From contig NC_043011.1 of the NCBI RefSeq assembly GCF_006345805.1, positions 1,984,001-2,048,000 on the forward strand: a stretch of 64,000 bases of DNA, written 5' to 3'. Below, in pieces: positions 13,588 through 26,520 of the stretch. Below the pieces are notes generated by a model. It had not been told where the DNA came from and searched no databases. It saw only the letters and a list, made by a program, of their open reading frames with translations. The translations under genes and the position numbers were made by a program. The DNA is from Octopus sinensis. Taxonomy: Eukaryota. Each line of letters begins with the position of its first letter. Within the stretch, counting starts at the first letter, position 1.

Positions 13588-13999
13588 AAACTTCTTCTCT
13601 GTGTAATAATGATAATATTTACAATGTGTTTTGTTTGTGAAATGTGGTTTGAAATAAGACAGAATTCAGACATAGAATATATTTAAAATATAATAGTGAA
13701 AATGACAGGTCTTAAATTTTCAACATCAATTGGAGAATGTATGTAGAAAATATTCAAATGCACATGCACAGACACATACACACAAATATATGCGTGCATG
13801 TGTGTGTATGTGAGAAGTCAAAGACAAACAGATAACTGTCACATCAAAGAGAGTACGGGTGTGAGATGAATATATGGAATTAAAGTACAAAAAGAGAAAA
13901 TAGCCAAAATGTGACTTAACAAAGTACTAGTTTCTAATTTCTGATTGGATAGAATAATGTAAGAATGATGGATCTAAAACTGCTGGGTGTTTTTGTATC

Positions 14000-14150
14000 T
14001 TTCTGTTTCCAGCTACCAAATCTTCTCACATGGCTTTGGTTGGCCCAAGACTATAGTAAAAGATGCTTGCCCAGGGTACCATGTAGTGGGACTGAGCCTG
14101 GAACCATATGGCTGGGAAGCAAGCTTCTCACCCCACAGCTCATAGGTGAT
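14000..14150 (-). mobile_element. SINE family A 5' fragment
   Basis: Reverse complement of family A head. Confidence 0.75.
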
Positions 14151-14375
14151 GATAGTAAAATTAAAGTTGAATGAATAGAATCTTTATTCAATACTGCTTA
14201 TAATTTTTTATTGAAATCTGGGTTACACCAGTAACAAACTTCTCAGATATATACTGGGGACCATGTAGTCCACACTAAAAACTTTTAAAGTGTGTTGTTT
14301 ATTGTTACGCATTATAGTATTTGACTTCTATTAATGAATGTTATAATGCAATGACATTTCATGAATCATCATTAA

Positions 14376-14596
14376 CCCTTTCATTACCAACCCGGCTGAA
14401 ACCAGCTCTGGCCCTGTAGTACAAATGTCTTGCTTTCATAAGTTTTTAATTAAAATCTTCCACCAAACCTTAGTCACAATTTATGTTCCTAACACCAGTT
14501 GAATGATAACTAAGTTATTTTACTAAATTCTTTGTTATATTTAAAGTAATTGAAAGAAACACAGAGCATCTCAAAATAAATACAGTAATGAAAGGG
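14376..14596. mobile_element. piggyBac-type MITE
   Basis: TTAA|ccctttcattac ... gtaatgaaaggg|TTAA (TTAA TSD, CCC termini). Confidence 0.85.
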
Positions 14597-14989
14597 TTAA
14601 GTGAGAACTCAGATTTATTTGGAATAAAATTGTGCATGGTAAAACGAAAACAGTTTTCTTTATTTGTAAATGGAACAGCAGGAGTGTTTCTCTTTTCCTT
14701 GGGGTGACATTTGTATCTACATAGATATAAGTTATGGAAATTAGAATGTTTTATTGATGTTTGTTTTGATGTAAATTCGTTTATTGAAAAGTTCCATTTA
14801 GTATTTAAATTGATTTTGTATGGTGTCAACATTTTCTTTAAATTCAGAATGCTGACACTAGCAACTTCTCAAAAGCATGAAAAATCGTCATTTTGCAAAT
14901 GGATTCTTTTTTATGTCATGCACATTTTGAGAACAAAAGAATTGCAGGTTATTCCAGTATGTATTTTTGAAAAGACATAAATATGCATA

Positions 14990-15048
14990 TTCATACAAGT
15001 ATGTATACACTCACTCAAGTCACAGGCACACACACAGGCACACACACA

Positions 15049-15102
<54 letters not shown>

Positions 15103-15114
15103 ACACACACACAC

Positions 15115-15166
<52 letters not shown>

Positions 15167-15180
15167 ACACACATATGTAC
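14990..15180. repeat. (CA)n microsatellite
   Basis: Direct observation. Confidence 0.95.
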
Positions 15181-15214
15181 ATATAAAAACAAAGAGGAAC
15201 TTGTTATTTAATTT

Positions 15215-15357
15215 AATCGGGCATCCAGCTTTAGAAACTCTGCCAGATCAGATTGGAGTCTGGTGCAGCCATCTGGTTCACCTCAGTCAAATCGTCCAAC
15301 CCATGCTAGAATGGAAAGTGGACGTTAAAAGATAATGATGATGATGATGATGATGAT
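15215..15357 (+). mobile_element. SINE family C 3' fragment
   Basis: ggcatccagc...tggacgttaaa followed by (gat)n. Confidence 0.85.
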
Positions 15358-15662
15358 CAACTTACAGCTGTTTCCACTTAGGAGAACTGCTCTGGTTTCT
15401 TCACAGCTTTTGAATTGCATTATTTGGGAAGTATTTTATTTACATACATCTCCTGTATTAAGTAACCTGATTTGAGAAGATATATTATCAGAGAGAACAT
15501 AATAACAGACAAGCATAAATAATGAAAGATGATTATGAAAAATCATAAGATTGAAAAACTACAAGAATATGCTGGTCAGATAAAAGATAAATTAGATATG
15601 CCTGGCTAGGCACACAACACTTTAACTATTGACTATGTCATGCTGGGTAAGCATACACACAT

Positions 15663-16512
15663 CCGAGATGGTTTCAAAAATTTCCTGGACACCATCAGAT
15701 GGCAGCACACAGTCGTATACACAGTGAGAACTAGCAATGACCATCGTGTAGTAGTGTACCAAGCGACACTGTTGTGTTTACTTTGCAAGTTGTGAAATTT
15801 GTATTTTTGTAATCACATGTATGCTGTAGTCTGCCATTTTGGCATGCACAGGAACAAAGAGCCAATGTGAAATTTTGCATTAAACTTGGGAACTCTGCTA
15901 CAGAGACATTGAGCATGCTTCAGCAAGATTATAGAGATGAGGCAATGGGTCGTACACAATATTTCAAGTGACACAGTGTTCAAAAGTGGAAGACATTGAG
16001 TGGTCTGGAAGACGTGTCATGAATGTCACATTCTAGAAATGTGGTATTCTGCATGGAAAATTCGTTCCCCATGGCCATATCACAAATTGAGAGTTCTACT
16101 ACGAGATTTTGAGGCATTTGAGGGAGGACATTCTGTGACAGTGACAGGATCTGGGGAGCACAAAGAATTGGATTCTTCATAACAACAATGCACTCTGTCA
16201 CTGAGATCTCCTCACTCGTGGATATTCTCACTAAAAACAACATGGTATCACTTCCACACCCATCCTATTCACCAGATTCAGCACCTGCAGACTTTCATCA
16301 CTTCTCCAAGATGAAAATGCAGCTCAAGGATTGCTGTCTTAACACTGTTGTCGAGATCCAGAGTGAATTGCAGAATGTCCTCGACTTGCTGAGGGAAAAC
16401 AACTTCCGGGCTGGATTCCCAAAGTGGCAGAACTGCAAGGTGACTATTTTGAAGAAGATGATGTTAGAATTTAGGTAAATAACTAGTCCTGGAAATTTTT
16501 GATACTATTTCG
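15663..16512 (+). mobile_element. Internally deleted, degenerate mariner transposon
   Basis: Peptides EQRANVKFCIKLGNSATETLSMLQQ and HPSYSPDSAPADF; imperfect TIRs cgagatggtttcaaaaatttcctggac / gtcctggaaatttttgatactatttcg. Confidence 0.9.
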
Positions 16513-16629
16513 TGTGTATATGTGTGGGTGTGTGTGTGTGTACGTGTGCGTGTGTGTGTATGTGTGTGTATATGCTTATAGGTATATATGCATTCACAAT
16601 ATATGCCCATACATGCATATATATATATA

Positions 16630-16850
16630 TATATCAAAATGTGACCTCGTGTGTACCATTGGCGATTCTTTTTCCTCTGTCTTCCCTTCTCTGGATCTTT
16701 CCTTCTCCTATGTTTCCGACGAAGAGCTCCACTTGAAACGTTAAACCCTCCTTCTTCCCTTCTTTCCTGAGAGTCCAATAATACTATATTTGTTCCACGT
16801 CCTCGCGTTGTTGTGTTTTTTGTGTTTTCTTGTTTGGATTAACTATATAT
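16630..16850 (+). mobile_element. Solo pseudo-LTR-like repeat (family H1) with variant HHR-like motif
   Basis: Inverted second copy at 45150-45365; motif gttt-CCGACGA-A-gagc-tcc-actt-GAAA-cg-tt-aaac at 16712-16746; flanked by (TA)n. Confidence 0.7.
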
Positions 16851-17241
16851 ATATGCTATTCCTCGGCATGAGTATGCAAGCACACTATGCTTATAATGTA
16901 CCGGTAACAACGGAATTAACAAAAGTTTATCAAGAATCAAATTTAAATAATCAGGAAATGGAGAAAACTTGATCAACAAAGAAATAGGACCACATCTGTA
17001 GATTATTTTTTAATACAAAATATGACATAACATTTCTTTTTTGCCTACCAACTTCAAAGCTCAATGCTAGAAGATAGTATGATTTTAATATATGGTGGTT
17101 GTCTACTCCAGATATAATAATAGTATTTGCATGCTTTTAAGTTATGAAACAATTTGTTGTGATATATAGGGTTTTCTTATTGTTAAATAAAATGACATCA
17201 AACTATTTGTCTGTCATTTATGACTTTGTGTATACATATAT

Positions 17242-17490
17242 AAATACAGTGTACATTTAAACACATAAGAGATGGCCATAACAGGATATCTGACCCACTA
17301 GAAGGAGTAGTTAAACTCTAAACCACTATTAGGGGTAATTTCAAAAGGGAATGGAAAATAACATTTGTTTTTATTTTTCATTCCCTTTCGAAATTACCCC
17401 TAATAGTGGTTTAGAGTTTAACTACTCCTTCTAGCGGGTCAGCTGTCCTGTTATGGCCATCTCTTATGTGTTTAAATGTACACTGTATTT
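17242..17490. repeat. Near-perfect ~250-bp palindrome (120-bp arms, 9-nt loop)
   Basis: 17242-17361 is the reverse complement of 17371-17490 with 5 mismatches counted by eye. Confidence 0.95.
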
Positions 17491-17805
17491 TTATAAGAAT
17501 AATACATAGTCTATTGACTAGTTTTTTTTCTTCTCAATAGACCACTGATAGTAAAGAAATTTTCTTAATTTTTTTGCTACCCTGGAATTTATTTATAAAT
17601 AAATACACACACACACACATACATACCTATAGATATAACTTATTAAAAGCTTAGAAGCAAATGAATGCAATCATAATATCATTGGGAAATCCAGTGGTAT
17701 ATACAAAATGCCACACATTAATGTGCTAAAGAGCTAATGGATTACAGAGTTAAATAAATAGCACAGAATACTATAAATATACATATGTCATGACCAAATA
17801 AATTA

Positions 17806-18190
17806 AGAGTGGTTGTGGTAAAAAGATGCTTCCCAACCATGTGATTCTGGGTTTGGTCCTGCTGCATGGCATCTTGGGCAAGTGTCTTCTACTATAGCCT
17901 CAGGTTGACCAGAGTCTTGTGAGTGGATTTGGTAGACAGAAACTGAAAGAAGCCTGTCATATATATGTATATATTTATGTATGTGTGTCTTTGTGTCTGT
18001 TTGATCCCCACCATAACTTGACAGTGCGTTTATGTCACTGTAACTTAGTGGTTTGGCAAAAGAGACCGATAGAATAAATACTTGGTTTACAAAAGAATAA
18101 CTCCTGTGGTCAATTTGTTTGATTAAAACCCTTGAAGGTGGTGCTCCGCGGTTGCAATCAAAGACTGAGACATAAAAAAAAATAAAAGAA
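17806..18190 (+). mobile_element. SINE family A (older)
   Basis: Degenerate match to family A. Confidence 0.8.
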
Positions 18191-18204
18191 TAAAGTAAAC
18201 TTGT

Positions 18205-18351
18205 AGTTATAGGTTGTGTGACTGTGTGGTAAGAAGCTTACTTCCTAACCATATGGTTCCATGTTCAGTCCCACTGCATGGCACTTTACCCAAGCTTTAG
18301 GATGATCAAAGCTTTGTGAGTGGATTTGGTAGATGGAAACTGAAAGAAGCT

Positions 18352-18389
<38 letters not shown>

Positions 18390-18511
18390 GTAAAAAAATA
18401 CAAACTGGGACAAGAACGCAAAACATTTAGAAGACGATACAAAAAACACGGAGGGGACATTTGAAGCCTTCAATCTTCAGTCAAGAACCAGATCATCCTC
18501 GCAATTTTGGC

Positions 18512-18551
<40 letters not shown>

Positions 18552-18750
18552 AATTCATATATGTTTGTGTGTCTTTGTGTCTGTGTTTGCCCTCCACCAT
18601 CGCTTGACAACCGATGTTGGTGTGTTTGTGTCCCCATAACTTAGCAGTTCAGCAAAAGAGAGGCTTACAAAGAATAAGTCGATTTGTTCAACTAAAGGCG
18701 GTGCTCTAGTATGGCCACAATCAAACGACTGAAGCAAATAAAACAATAAA
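18205..18750 (+). mobile_element. SINE family A with a ~125-bp insert in its (TA)n tract
   Basis: Head at 18205, 3' half from 18560; unrelated insert 18385-18510. Confidence 0.75.
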
Positions 18751-19819
18751 TTGAAAAGAATATGAAATACAAACTTATGAAAATAAGGTTAAATACCATA
18801 AAGTTGTTTCAAATAAAGAAATAAATTAAGGAATTTTGAAACACATTTCCTAATCCCAAACATGACATATATCAAGATAAATTAGCACTAAGCAAATGGA
18901 ACTTTCTACTATATCCATGAGAATTCATTCCATCCTAGATGTATCCTTACTGGATAAGTAAGAAATGTATTGATTAGGACACCAAGATAATCTGTTAAGG
19001 AAAACAATATTTAATGATGGTGCTTGGCACTATATCAAGACTTTGTGTTGAAGTGGTTATAAGGAGAAAATTATGTATATATATATATATCTGATGATAG
19101 GGTCTACATAAAATAATAGTTATGGAAATAGTGTAGGAATAATGGAATGCAAGTTATGGAAATAGTGTAGGAATAATGGAATGCAAGACTTCCTGGTTAT
19201 GGTGGTAATGGTGGTAGTGGTATGGGTGGTGAGATTAGAAATGCAGGAAGGATAGTTTAGTCATAGTGGTAGTAATAACCACGTCAAGAATTTCACAGAT
19301 CTGATACTGGTATGATTAGTAATTAGATAAATTATTTTGAGTTGGCTAATAACTTTAATGATGATGAAAACTTTTTACCTGAATAGCACTAAAGAATTAG
19401 TGAATAAAAGGGCAACCTGGTTTTCAGGTATGTCTCAATATATACAACTCTAAGCCATACTAGCATGTAACTATAGGATGTAAATGAATTAATATACGTA
19501 TACATATACATATAAATATGCATATACACATGTGCATTCATATACATACATGCATGCATACATACATAATCTACAGTTACTCAATCTAGATTACAAGTTC
19601 AGGTTTATACCTGTAATTATTGGTGCCCTGTGATATGCAACACACTGCCTAAATACCAATCATGAGAAATTAGTCTTCTCAAAACTAGAAAGGAGAAAGC
19701 TAATTTGAAGACTACAGATCCAAACCATCACTAGAACTGTAAAATTCTGTAAAACTTTCCAGTAGTTTATTGTTTAAGTATATATGAGCACATCTAGACA
19801 TGCAACTATATTCATGAGA

Positions 19820-20042
19820 ATACATACATAAACAAAACATACAAATCTACACAAATATGTACGTACATACATACATACATACGTACATACATACATACAT
19901 ACATACATACACATATACATACCCTGTTGATGTTGAAATTCCATTGGAAGAGCCTTGGATCTAGGCAAGAAGTCTTGAAATAAAACTGAATAATGACATA
20001 TATACATATATACATACATGCATACATACATACATACATACA

Positions 20043-20075
<33 letters not shown>

Positions 20076-20090
20076 GCATGCATGCATGTA
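19820..20090. repeat. (TACA)n microsatellites
   Basis: Direct observation. Confidence 0.9.
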
Positions 20091-20144
20091 GGCAGAAAGT
20101 ATTACAGTTTTAAGCAACACTTTGCTAATACCTTGTTATACATA

Positions 20145-21285
20145 CATAATGGCTGCCCCCCCCCTCGTTATCGAGTATATCCATTGCACGAAGCTTAATT
20201 GTTGCTTGTGCTGTGATCGAATGTGATTTTTTTTAGCCCAGCTAAAGATCTACAATGTCTTGTACAGAATTGGCAGCTAAAACTTTTACTGGCAATAGCC
20301 GGCTGTAGTTGTAACTGAGATTCATGTATCTTTGCATGTCATTTAAATCCTCTCTTCCACATGCCTGACAGCTATGATTAGTATGGTGAATAACACCACC
20401 ACCAGTAGCCAGGTTGTCACTCATCTGTCTCACTTTATGACTACGAAGATGACTCTTGAGTCCAGCTTTACTAAGGCAAGGTCTTGCACAGACACTGCAT
20501 GTCAGCCTCATAGGAAGACCCTTCTCATCTAGAAGTGTAACTGCGATGCCTTTCCTGACATCCTTCCTTATTTTCTCATGTGCAACTTGAGATTTCTCAA
20601 AAGTAGCTGTCCCCTCATGCACAATACTTCTCCACCTGCTACGATCAATAGCTATGCCCTCCCATGTGTCAGGATAGATGCAAGCATCTCTTAAGGAAGC
20701 CTTCAGCAAGTCCTTATATCTCTTTTTTGGTTTATGTGGGGTCATTCTCCTTTAGCTAACTCTCCATAAAATAGTTGTTTTGGCATTCTTGAATCCTTCA
20801 TCCTGGCCAGATGACCACTACATCAGAGTCTTTGCTTTAACACAAGAGCTTCTATACTTTTGCACCAAGAGCCTCCCAATATTTCAAGATCACTGATGCG
20901 GTCCTCCCACTTAATGCCGTAGATCCATCTGAGACACATCGGATGGAAACGTTCCAGTTGTTTAAGGTGGTATTGATATGTGACCCACGTCTCGCAGGCA
21001 TAGAGAAGAGAAGGGAGCACACATGCCTTGCACACTTTAATCATTGTCTTTTTGCATATGTCTCGCCAACTCCAGAGGCGCCTTTCTAGCCTTCCGAAAG
21101 CATCACTTGCTTTCCTATTTCTGTATGGAATTTCATCATCCAAATTGCTATATCTATTAACAGTGCTTCCCAGGTAGACAAACTGATCAACTACATAAAG
21201 TCGTTTACCATACACATAGATATTTGGTACACTATACTGCTTACCAGGGGCAGGTTGGTACATGACAACTGTTTTTTTCCATACA
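20145..21285 (-). mobile_element. RTE-clade LINE 3' fragment with C-terminal C2H2 finger
   Basis: VVDQFVYLGS..., CVLPSLLYACETW, KPKKRYKDLLK...W...DRSRWR, CSVCARPCLSKAGLKSHLRSH; stop/frameshift between the two ORF pieces. Confidence 0.9.
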
Positions 21286-21747
21286 TATATACATAATACA
21301 TACATACATACATACATACATACATAGATACATACATAGATACATACATACATAGACACATACATAGATGCATACATGCATACATACATACAAGAAAAGT
21401 GTTGCTTTTAATAGATGTTTATTTTAAAACTGTAATACTCTCTGTGTAATGTATATTTGTGGGAATCATTAATTTTTGAAATTTTATCGTCCATTTACTT
21501 TTGTAGACTCTATTCATTAATATTTAAACTCATTTATTATTTTCTATACTAACACTTTTCATTTTAAATATAATTGTATCAAAATGCTTGTTGTAATCTT
21601 AATAAACATATATTTACTCTTACTGCGGAAATATAATCTGTGAATAAATCATCATCTTTATCATCCACAGTTTATAAGATTGTATTCAAGTATGATTCTA
21701 AATATTCTTAGTTGAAATCATAGTGTTGAGTTTATCTTATATTAGTA

Positions 21748-22143
21748 ACTAGCAATATCACTAGGTGTTGCTTGGGTTTGTTTCGACCCTTTAGAATTGG
21801 AATTTTTGAAAAGTAAAAAGTTTGCATTATGCAACTTGTTATTCTCTTCAAGTGAACATTTTTCCAGTTGAAATACACCGAAAAATGGTGACACAGCAGT
21901 CAAAAATCGTAAAAAAATAGGGATTTTTATAGAAAAAAAACACCTTTTTGATGTAAATAATTTTTGGTGTTAACATGGTCCGATTTGAATTTTATCTTCT
22001 ACAGAATGAAGAGCAAGCACTCTTCTATCATACTCTCAATTTTAGTCAACTTGCGCTGCAGGGTCTCGAAGGAGATAGTGTTAGTTGAAGGCTACCAAAC
22101 CTGCCACACACAGACACACAAGTTGAGTTTTATATATATAGAT
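21748..22143 (+). mobile_element. Non-autonomous Helentron/DINE-like rolling-circle element (tentative)
   Basis: Begins actagc..., ends in a cacacagac microsatellite and ttttatatatatagat; no TSD or TIR. Confidence 0.55.
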
Positions 22144-22745
22144 TTCTCAACGGGGATTTCAGGGGAGAGTTTCAGGCAGTCGCTGGTGATGTATCGTGAT
22201 GATCAAAATTCCGGCCGCTAAAATTTGGTTAAAGTGATTCAAACTGCAGACTCAACGCAAAATGGTCACATTTAATTCAAAGCATTAAAAATGTTATGAA
22301 AACAATTGGTATGTGTTTACAAAGTCCAAACGATTAATACGAAAAAACCCTCCAGGCTACATCCCGAAAATTCATTTCTTTGCCGAATTTATACAATGTT
22401 TACGGCGATTCATTTTTATATCTTGATTTTTTATTTTTCATGCAATTTACGCATGCTTGCACGCCTGGTGAACACAGTTCACGTCAAACAGCTGACTGAG
22501 TAAAGTTCACTATTCAATGCATGGGATAAGGCCTAAACAAACACATTATCGATTTTTACACTTGCGAGATGAATTTTGGAACAGAAATAGCACAGTTCAA
22601 TTTTCATTCGCCTAAACTTTAAGTGACCCATTTTTGGTGGTTCTACGATTTGTTGGTTAGGAGGAGATGTGCCGGGAAGATAAACACACAGACACACACA
22701 CAGATACACACACAGACACACAAGTTGAGTTTTATATATATAGAT
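22144..22745 (+). mobile_element. Second Helentron/DINE-like element sharing the same 3' end
   Basis: Ends cacacagacacacaagttgagtttatatatatagat as at 22143; CpG-rich relative to flanks. Confidence 0.5.
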
Positions 22746-22756
22746 ATATTCTTTCC

Positions 22757-22970
22757 TATTCTAGGCACAAGGCCCGAAATTTTGGGGGAGGGGGCCAGTC
22801 GATTAGACCCCAGTATGCAACTGGTACTTAATTTATCGACCATGAAAAGATGAAAGGCTAAGTTGACCTCAGTGGATCTCAGTGGAATTTGAATTCAGAA
22901 CATAAAGACAGACGAAATACTGCTAAGCATTTCACCCAACGTGTTAATGTTTCTGCCGGCTTGCCACCTT
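22757..22970 (-). mobile_element. SINE family B
   Basis: Family B body and head. Confidence 0.85.
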
Positions 22971-23223
22971 TTATCAGTAATATATTAAAAGAGATATAGT
23001 TCTTGATATCCTCTATTTCTGTTTGTTTCAATTAGAGATCGTTATTATTAATTCTTCCCATTACAATAGGTTGGTGGATTGACTGTATCTTTACATTGTT
23101 GGTCAAAATGCCTGACAGTATTTAGTTTAAGCACCTAACATTATACATTCAAAATCTTGCAGATGTTACTTTTGCCTTTCAAGGATAAAGTCAGATACTA
23201 TTCAATTAGTAAGGCAAATTTAA

Positions 23224-23445
23224 CCCTTTAGCATTTAAACTGGCCATATCCGGCCAAAAGTATTCTGCCTTTTTTATGTTCAAACTGACCGTATCTGGTC
23301 TCTCACACCAGCCCTATAATGTCGTTTTAAAAATTAACAGCTACCTCATCAAAATTGCAAAACTACAAGATTAATGCATGATTAGTTCAAAACAATGTGG
23401 ATAAAAAAGCATTAATTTTGGTAGAATAGTGCGAACACTAAAGGG
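23224..23445. mobile_element. piggyBac-type MITE (second family)
   Basis: TTAA|ccctttag ... ctaaaggg|TTAA; partial related copy near 44700-44830. Confidence 0.85.
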
Positions 23446-23944
23446 TTAATCAACCATCCCTTCCCTTAAAATTTTTGGCCTCTGGCCTATGTAAGAAATT
23501 GTTTTGTCAACTTTCCTTCAGGAGGGGTCAGTTACTGGGATGACTTAATCAACTGTAGTGTCCCCAGATTTTATAGCCTTGTGCCTACATTATAAATGAT
23601 TATTATTGACATTACTTTAACAGCACCTAGTGATTGTTAAACAGGTTTGTGCTACGCTGTCATTCCACGTGTCTTATTTCTGCTTTCTTCTTAACTCTGT
23701 GACCACATATTTTCAAGTCAAGGCAGTGTGTTTACCTCCTGTCTTTAGTGTGTGTATATTTTGCTTTCACTTTCAATTTGTGATGTATTTTTACTCACAA
23801 AGAGAAAAAGCACCTGAAAATTCCTTCACCAATATGATGTAATACATATACCACTTACAATTGTCTACCATGTTGTTTGTAAATAAAATTATATACAAAC
23901 ATGTCATTTGTCAATATTGTTTCTTGAAGTTAATGATTTGCGCC

Positions 23945-24170
23945 TAACTGGCAGACACGTTAGCGTGCCGGGTGAAATGCTTAGCGGTATTTCATCTGTC
24001 ATCACATTCTGAGTTCAAACTCCGCCGAGGTTGACTTTGCCTTTCATCCTTTCGGGGTCGATAAATAAAGTACCAGTTTCGTACTGAGGTCGATGTAATC
24101 GACTTAATCCCTGTGTCTGTCCTTGTTTGTCCCCTCTATCTTTAGCCCCTTGTGGGCAATAAAGAAATAT
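23945..24170 (+). mobile_element. SINE family B
   Basis: tggcagacacgttag (A-box-like), gagttcaaactcc (B box), body gcctttcatcctttcggggtcgataaataaagtaccag. Confidence 0.9.
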
Positions 24171-24732
24171 ATAAATGGTATTTCAAATTTTGTGTAACCA
24201 TAGGCCAATGAAACAACAATTTATTGCTGTGGTATACAGCATACAGATTTAGCGTATTTCAGTTATCTTGTTTAATAAATGAGACACAGTGCTGAAGTTG
24301 CAAAAGATTTTCTGCATGACTAAACATGGTAGGCTTCCGATAAGGAATTCTTCAGCTGATTAGCTTTCAGGTTGTTAATATTGCATTTTCTATTTAAACA
24401 GAATAACGCATTAGCTTGCTGAAGAGACCAAGGGTTGTATGTCATTCTGGGTTTCCCAATCTCCTCTCAGTACCTACTTGTGTGTCCATTCTTTTGAGCT
24501 AATGACTTGAAAGCCTTTCAAGTATTTCATTTGTTTACAGAATGCATTGTGTATACATACTGTGTGTCAGATAACAGAAATTAATCAGAGGAAGTCTGTT
24601 CATATGTTACAAATGATGACAGGAAAGTTAAAATTAGAGAAGATACACACGTGAGAAGTGACTGTTTATAGATGGATCTTGTTGACAGCATCATGGCTGA
24701 ATTGACATCAGACTGTGAATAATATTAACCAA

Positions 24733-25153
24733 GGCGCAGGAGTGGCTGTGTGGTAAGTAGCTTGCTAACCAACCACATGGTTTCCGGGTTCAGTCCCACT
24801 GTGTGACATCTTGGGCAAGTGTCTTATGCGATATCCCCAGGCCGACCAATGCCTTGTGAGTGGATTTGGTAGATGGAAACTGAAAGAAGCCCGTCGTATA
24901 TATGTATATATATATATATATATAAGTGTGTGTGTATATGTTTGTGTGTCTGTGTTTGTCCCCCTAGCATTGCTTGACAACCGATGCTGGTGTGTTTACG
25001 TCCCCGTCACTTAGCGGTTCGGCAAAAGAGACTGATAGAATAAGTACTGGGCTTACAAAGAATAAGTTCCGGGGTCGATTTGCTCGACTAAAGGCGGTGC
25101 TCCAGCATGGCCGCCGTCAAATGACTGAAACAAGTTAAAGAGTAAAAGAGTAA
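24733..25153 (+). mobile_element. SINE family A, near full length
   Basis: ggcgcaggagtggctgtgtggtaag...ggttcagtccc head, internal microsatellite, (agtaaaag)n tail; highly similar to copy at 54846. Confidence 0.95.
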
Positions 25154-25754
25154 AGGTGCATGAATCATATATTTGGTAAGAGTATAAAATTAAATTTTGT
25201 GAATATACATTAGATTTCTTTTACTTCAGTACTTTTTTAAGCATATTTTCTTGCTTTTTTTTTCCTGACAACAGAGTTATACTATGTAAAAGTGTTCTTT
25301 TATTTCTTTATAACCTATTAAGTTTACTATCATATTTGAGAGAGAAGTGTTATGTATTGCCAATTTTGTTATAGTGTTGATAGCCATAGTTCTGTTAAAG
25401 TAAATCTTTTGATGGAATATATGAGTCTGGTCATTGGAGCTCTGCAATTTCAGCTTAAATAAACTCACACAGCTTTCTTGTCATTAAAACCATTCTCTAT
25501 TAGATTGTTAATATATTAGTCAATAATCTCATTGCTACCATATTATTTTTTCAAATTCTTCAAGATATTTTTTTTACATCTCATCAAAATTGAAATCTTT
25601 ATTTGTAGCCTTCTTACTTAGTCATTCAGATTAGTTTTTGTTTTATGAGGGTTACTATATGATAAGAATAAACTACCTACCCATAAAGATTATTGGGAGC
25701 CAATTTTGTTTTGTACTTTTCAATAGTAATTTAGTATTAATAGATATAACAAAG

Positions 25755-25970
25755 TTAGCAAGCTAGCAGAATCATTAGCATACCAGGCAAAATGCTTAGT
25801 GTCATTTCATCTGTCTTTAATTTCTGAGTTGAAATTCTGCTGATGTTGATTTTTTTTTTTTTTTATCATTTTGGGATCGATAAAATGAGTACCAGCTGAG
25901 CACTAGGGATGAGGTAATTGACTTACCCCCAGCTCCGAATCTGCTGGACTTGTGCCAAAATTTGGACCCA
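25755..25970 (+). mobile_element. SINE family B (older)
   Basis: Degenerate family B. Confidence 0.75.
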
Positions 25971-26042
25971 ATAATTATGATAAATCCTCTTGAGTTATAA
26001 ATTTAATGATTTCCAAAAGAATTTTATTTCATATTTTTATAG

Positions 26043-26201
26043 GTACACACATAGCTGTTTGGTAAAAACACTTGCTTCACAACCGCATGGTTCTGGGTTC
26101 AGTTCACTGAGTGGCACCTTGGGTAAATGTCTTCCACTATAGCCTCAGGCTGAATAAAACCTTGTAAGTGGATTTGGTAGATGGAAACTGAAAGAAGCCT
26201 G

Positions 26202-26266
<65 letters not shown>

Positions 26267-26520
26267 TGTATGAATGAATATATATCCGTGTGTGTCTTTG
26301 TGTCTGTGTTTGTTCCACCATCACCACTTGACAACCGGTACTGGTGTGTTTATGTCCCTATAACTTAACAGTTCAGTAAAACAGACTGATAGAATAAGTA
26401 ACAGGCTTTAAAAATTAGAATAAGTCCTGGGGTTCATACATTCGACAAAAGGTTCTTCAAGATAGTGCACCAGCATGGCTGCAGTCTAATGATTGAAACA
26501 AGTAAAAGATAGATAATTAA
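26043..26520 (+). mobile_element. SINE family A
   Basis: Family A head and 3' part around (TA)n(GA)n. Confidence 0.85.

Noticed and set aside
18385-18510. Insert with minus-strand CTGAAGA followed by ttgaag/cttcaa
   Set aside because: No correctly placed GAAA or stems I/III, so it cannot be supported as a ribozyme from this single copy.
24401-24435. aacAG...GTATGT exon-like segment
   Set aside because: It has stop codons in all three frames, length is not 3n, and there is no other support.
24733-24810. tRNA-like sequences at SINE heads (families A, B, D and the 36-kb pLTR)
   Set aside because: They lack a complete cloverleaf/acceptor stem and continue into repeat bodies, so they are not tRNA genes.
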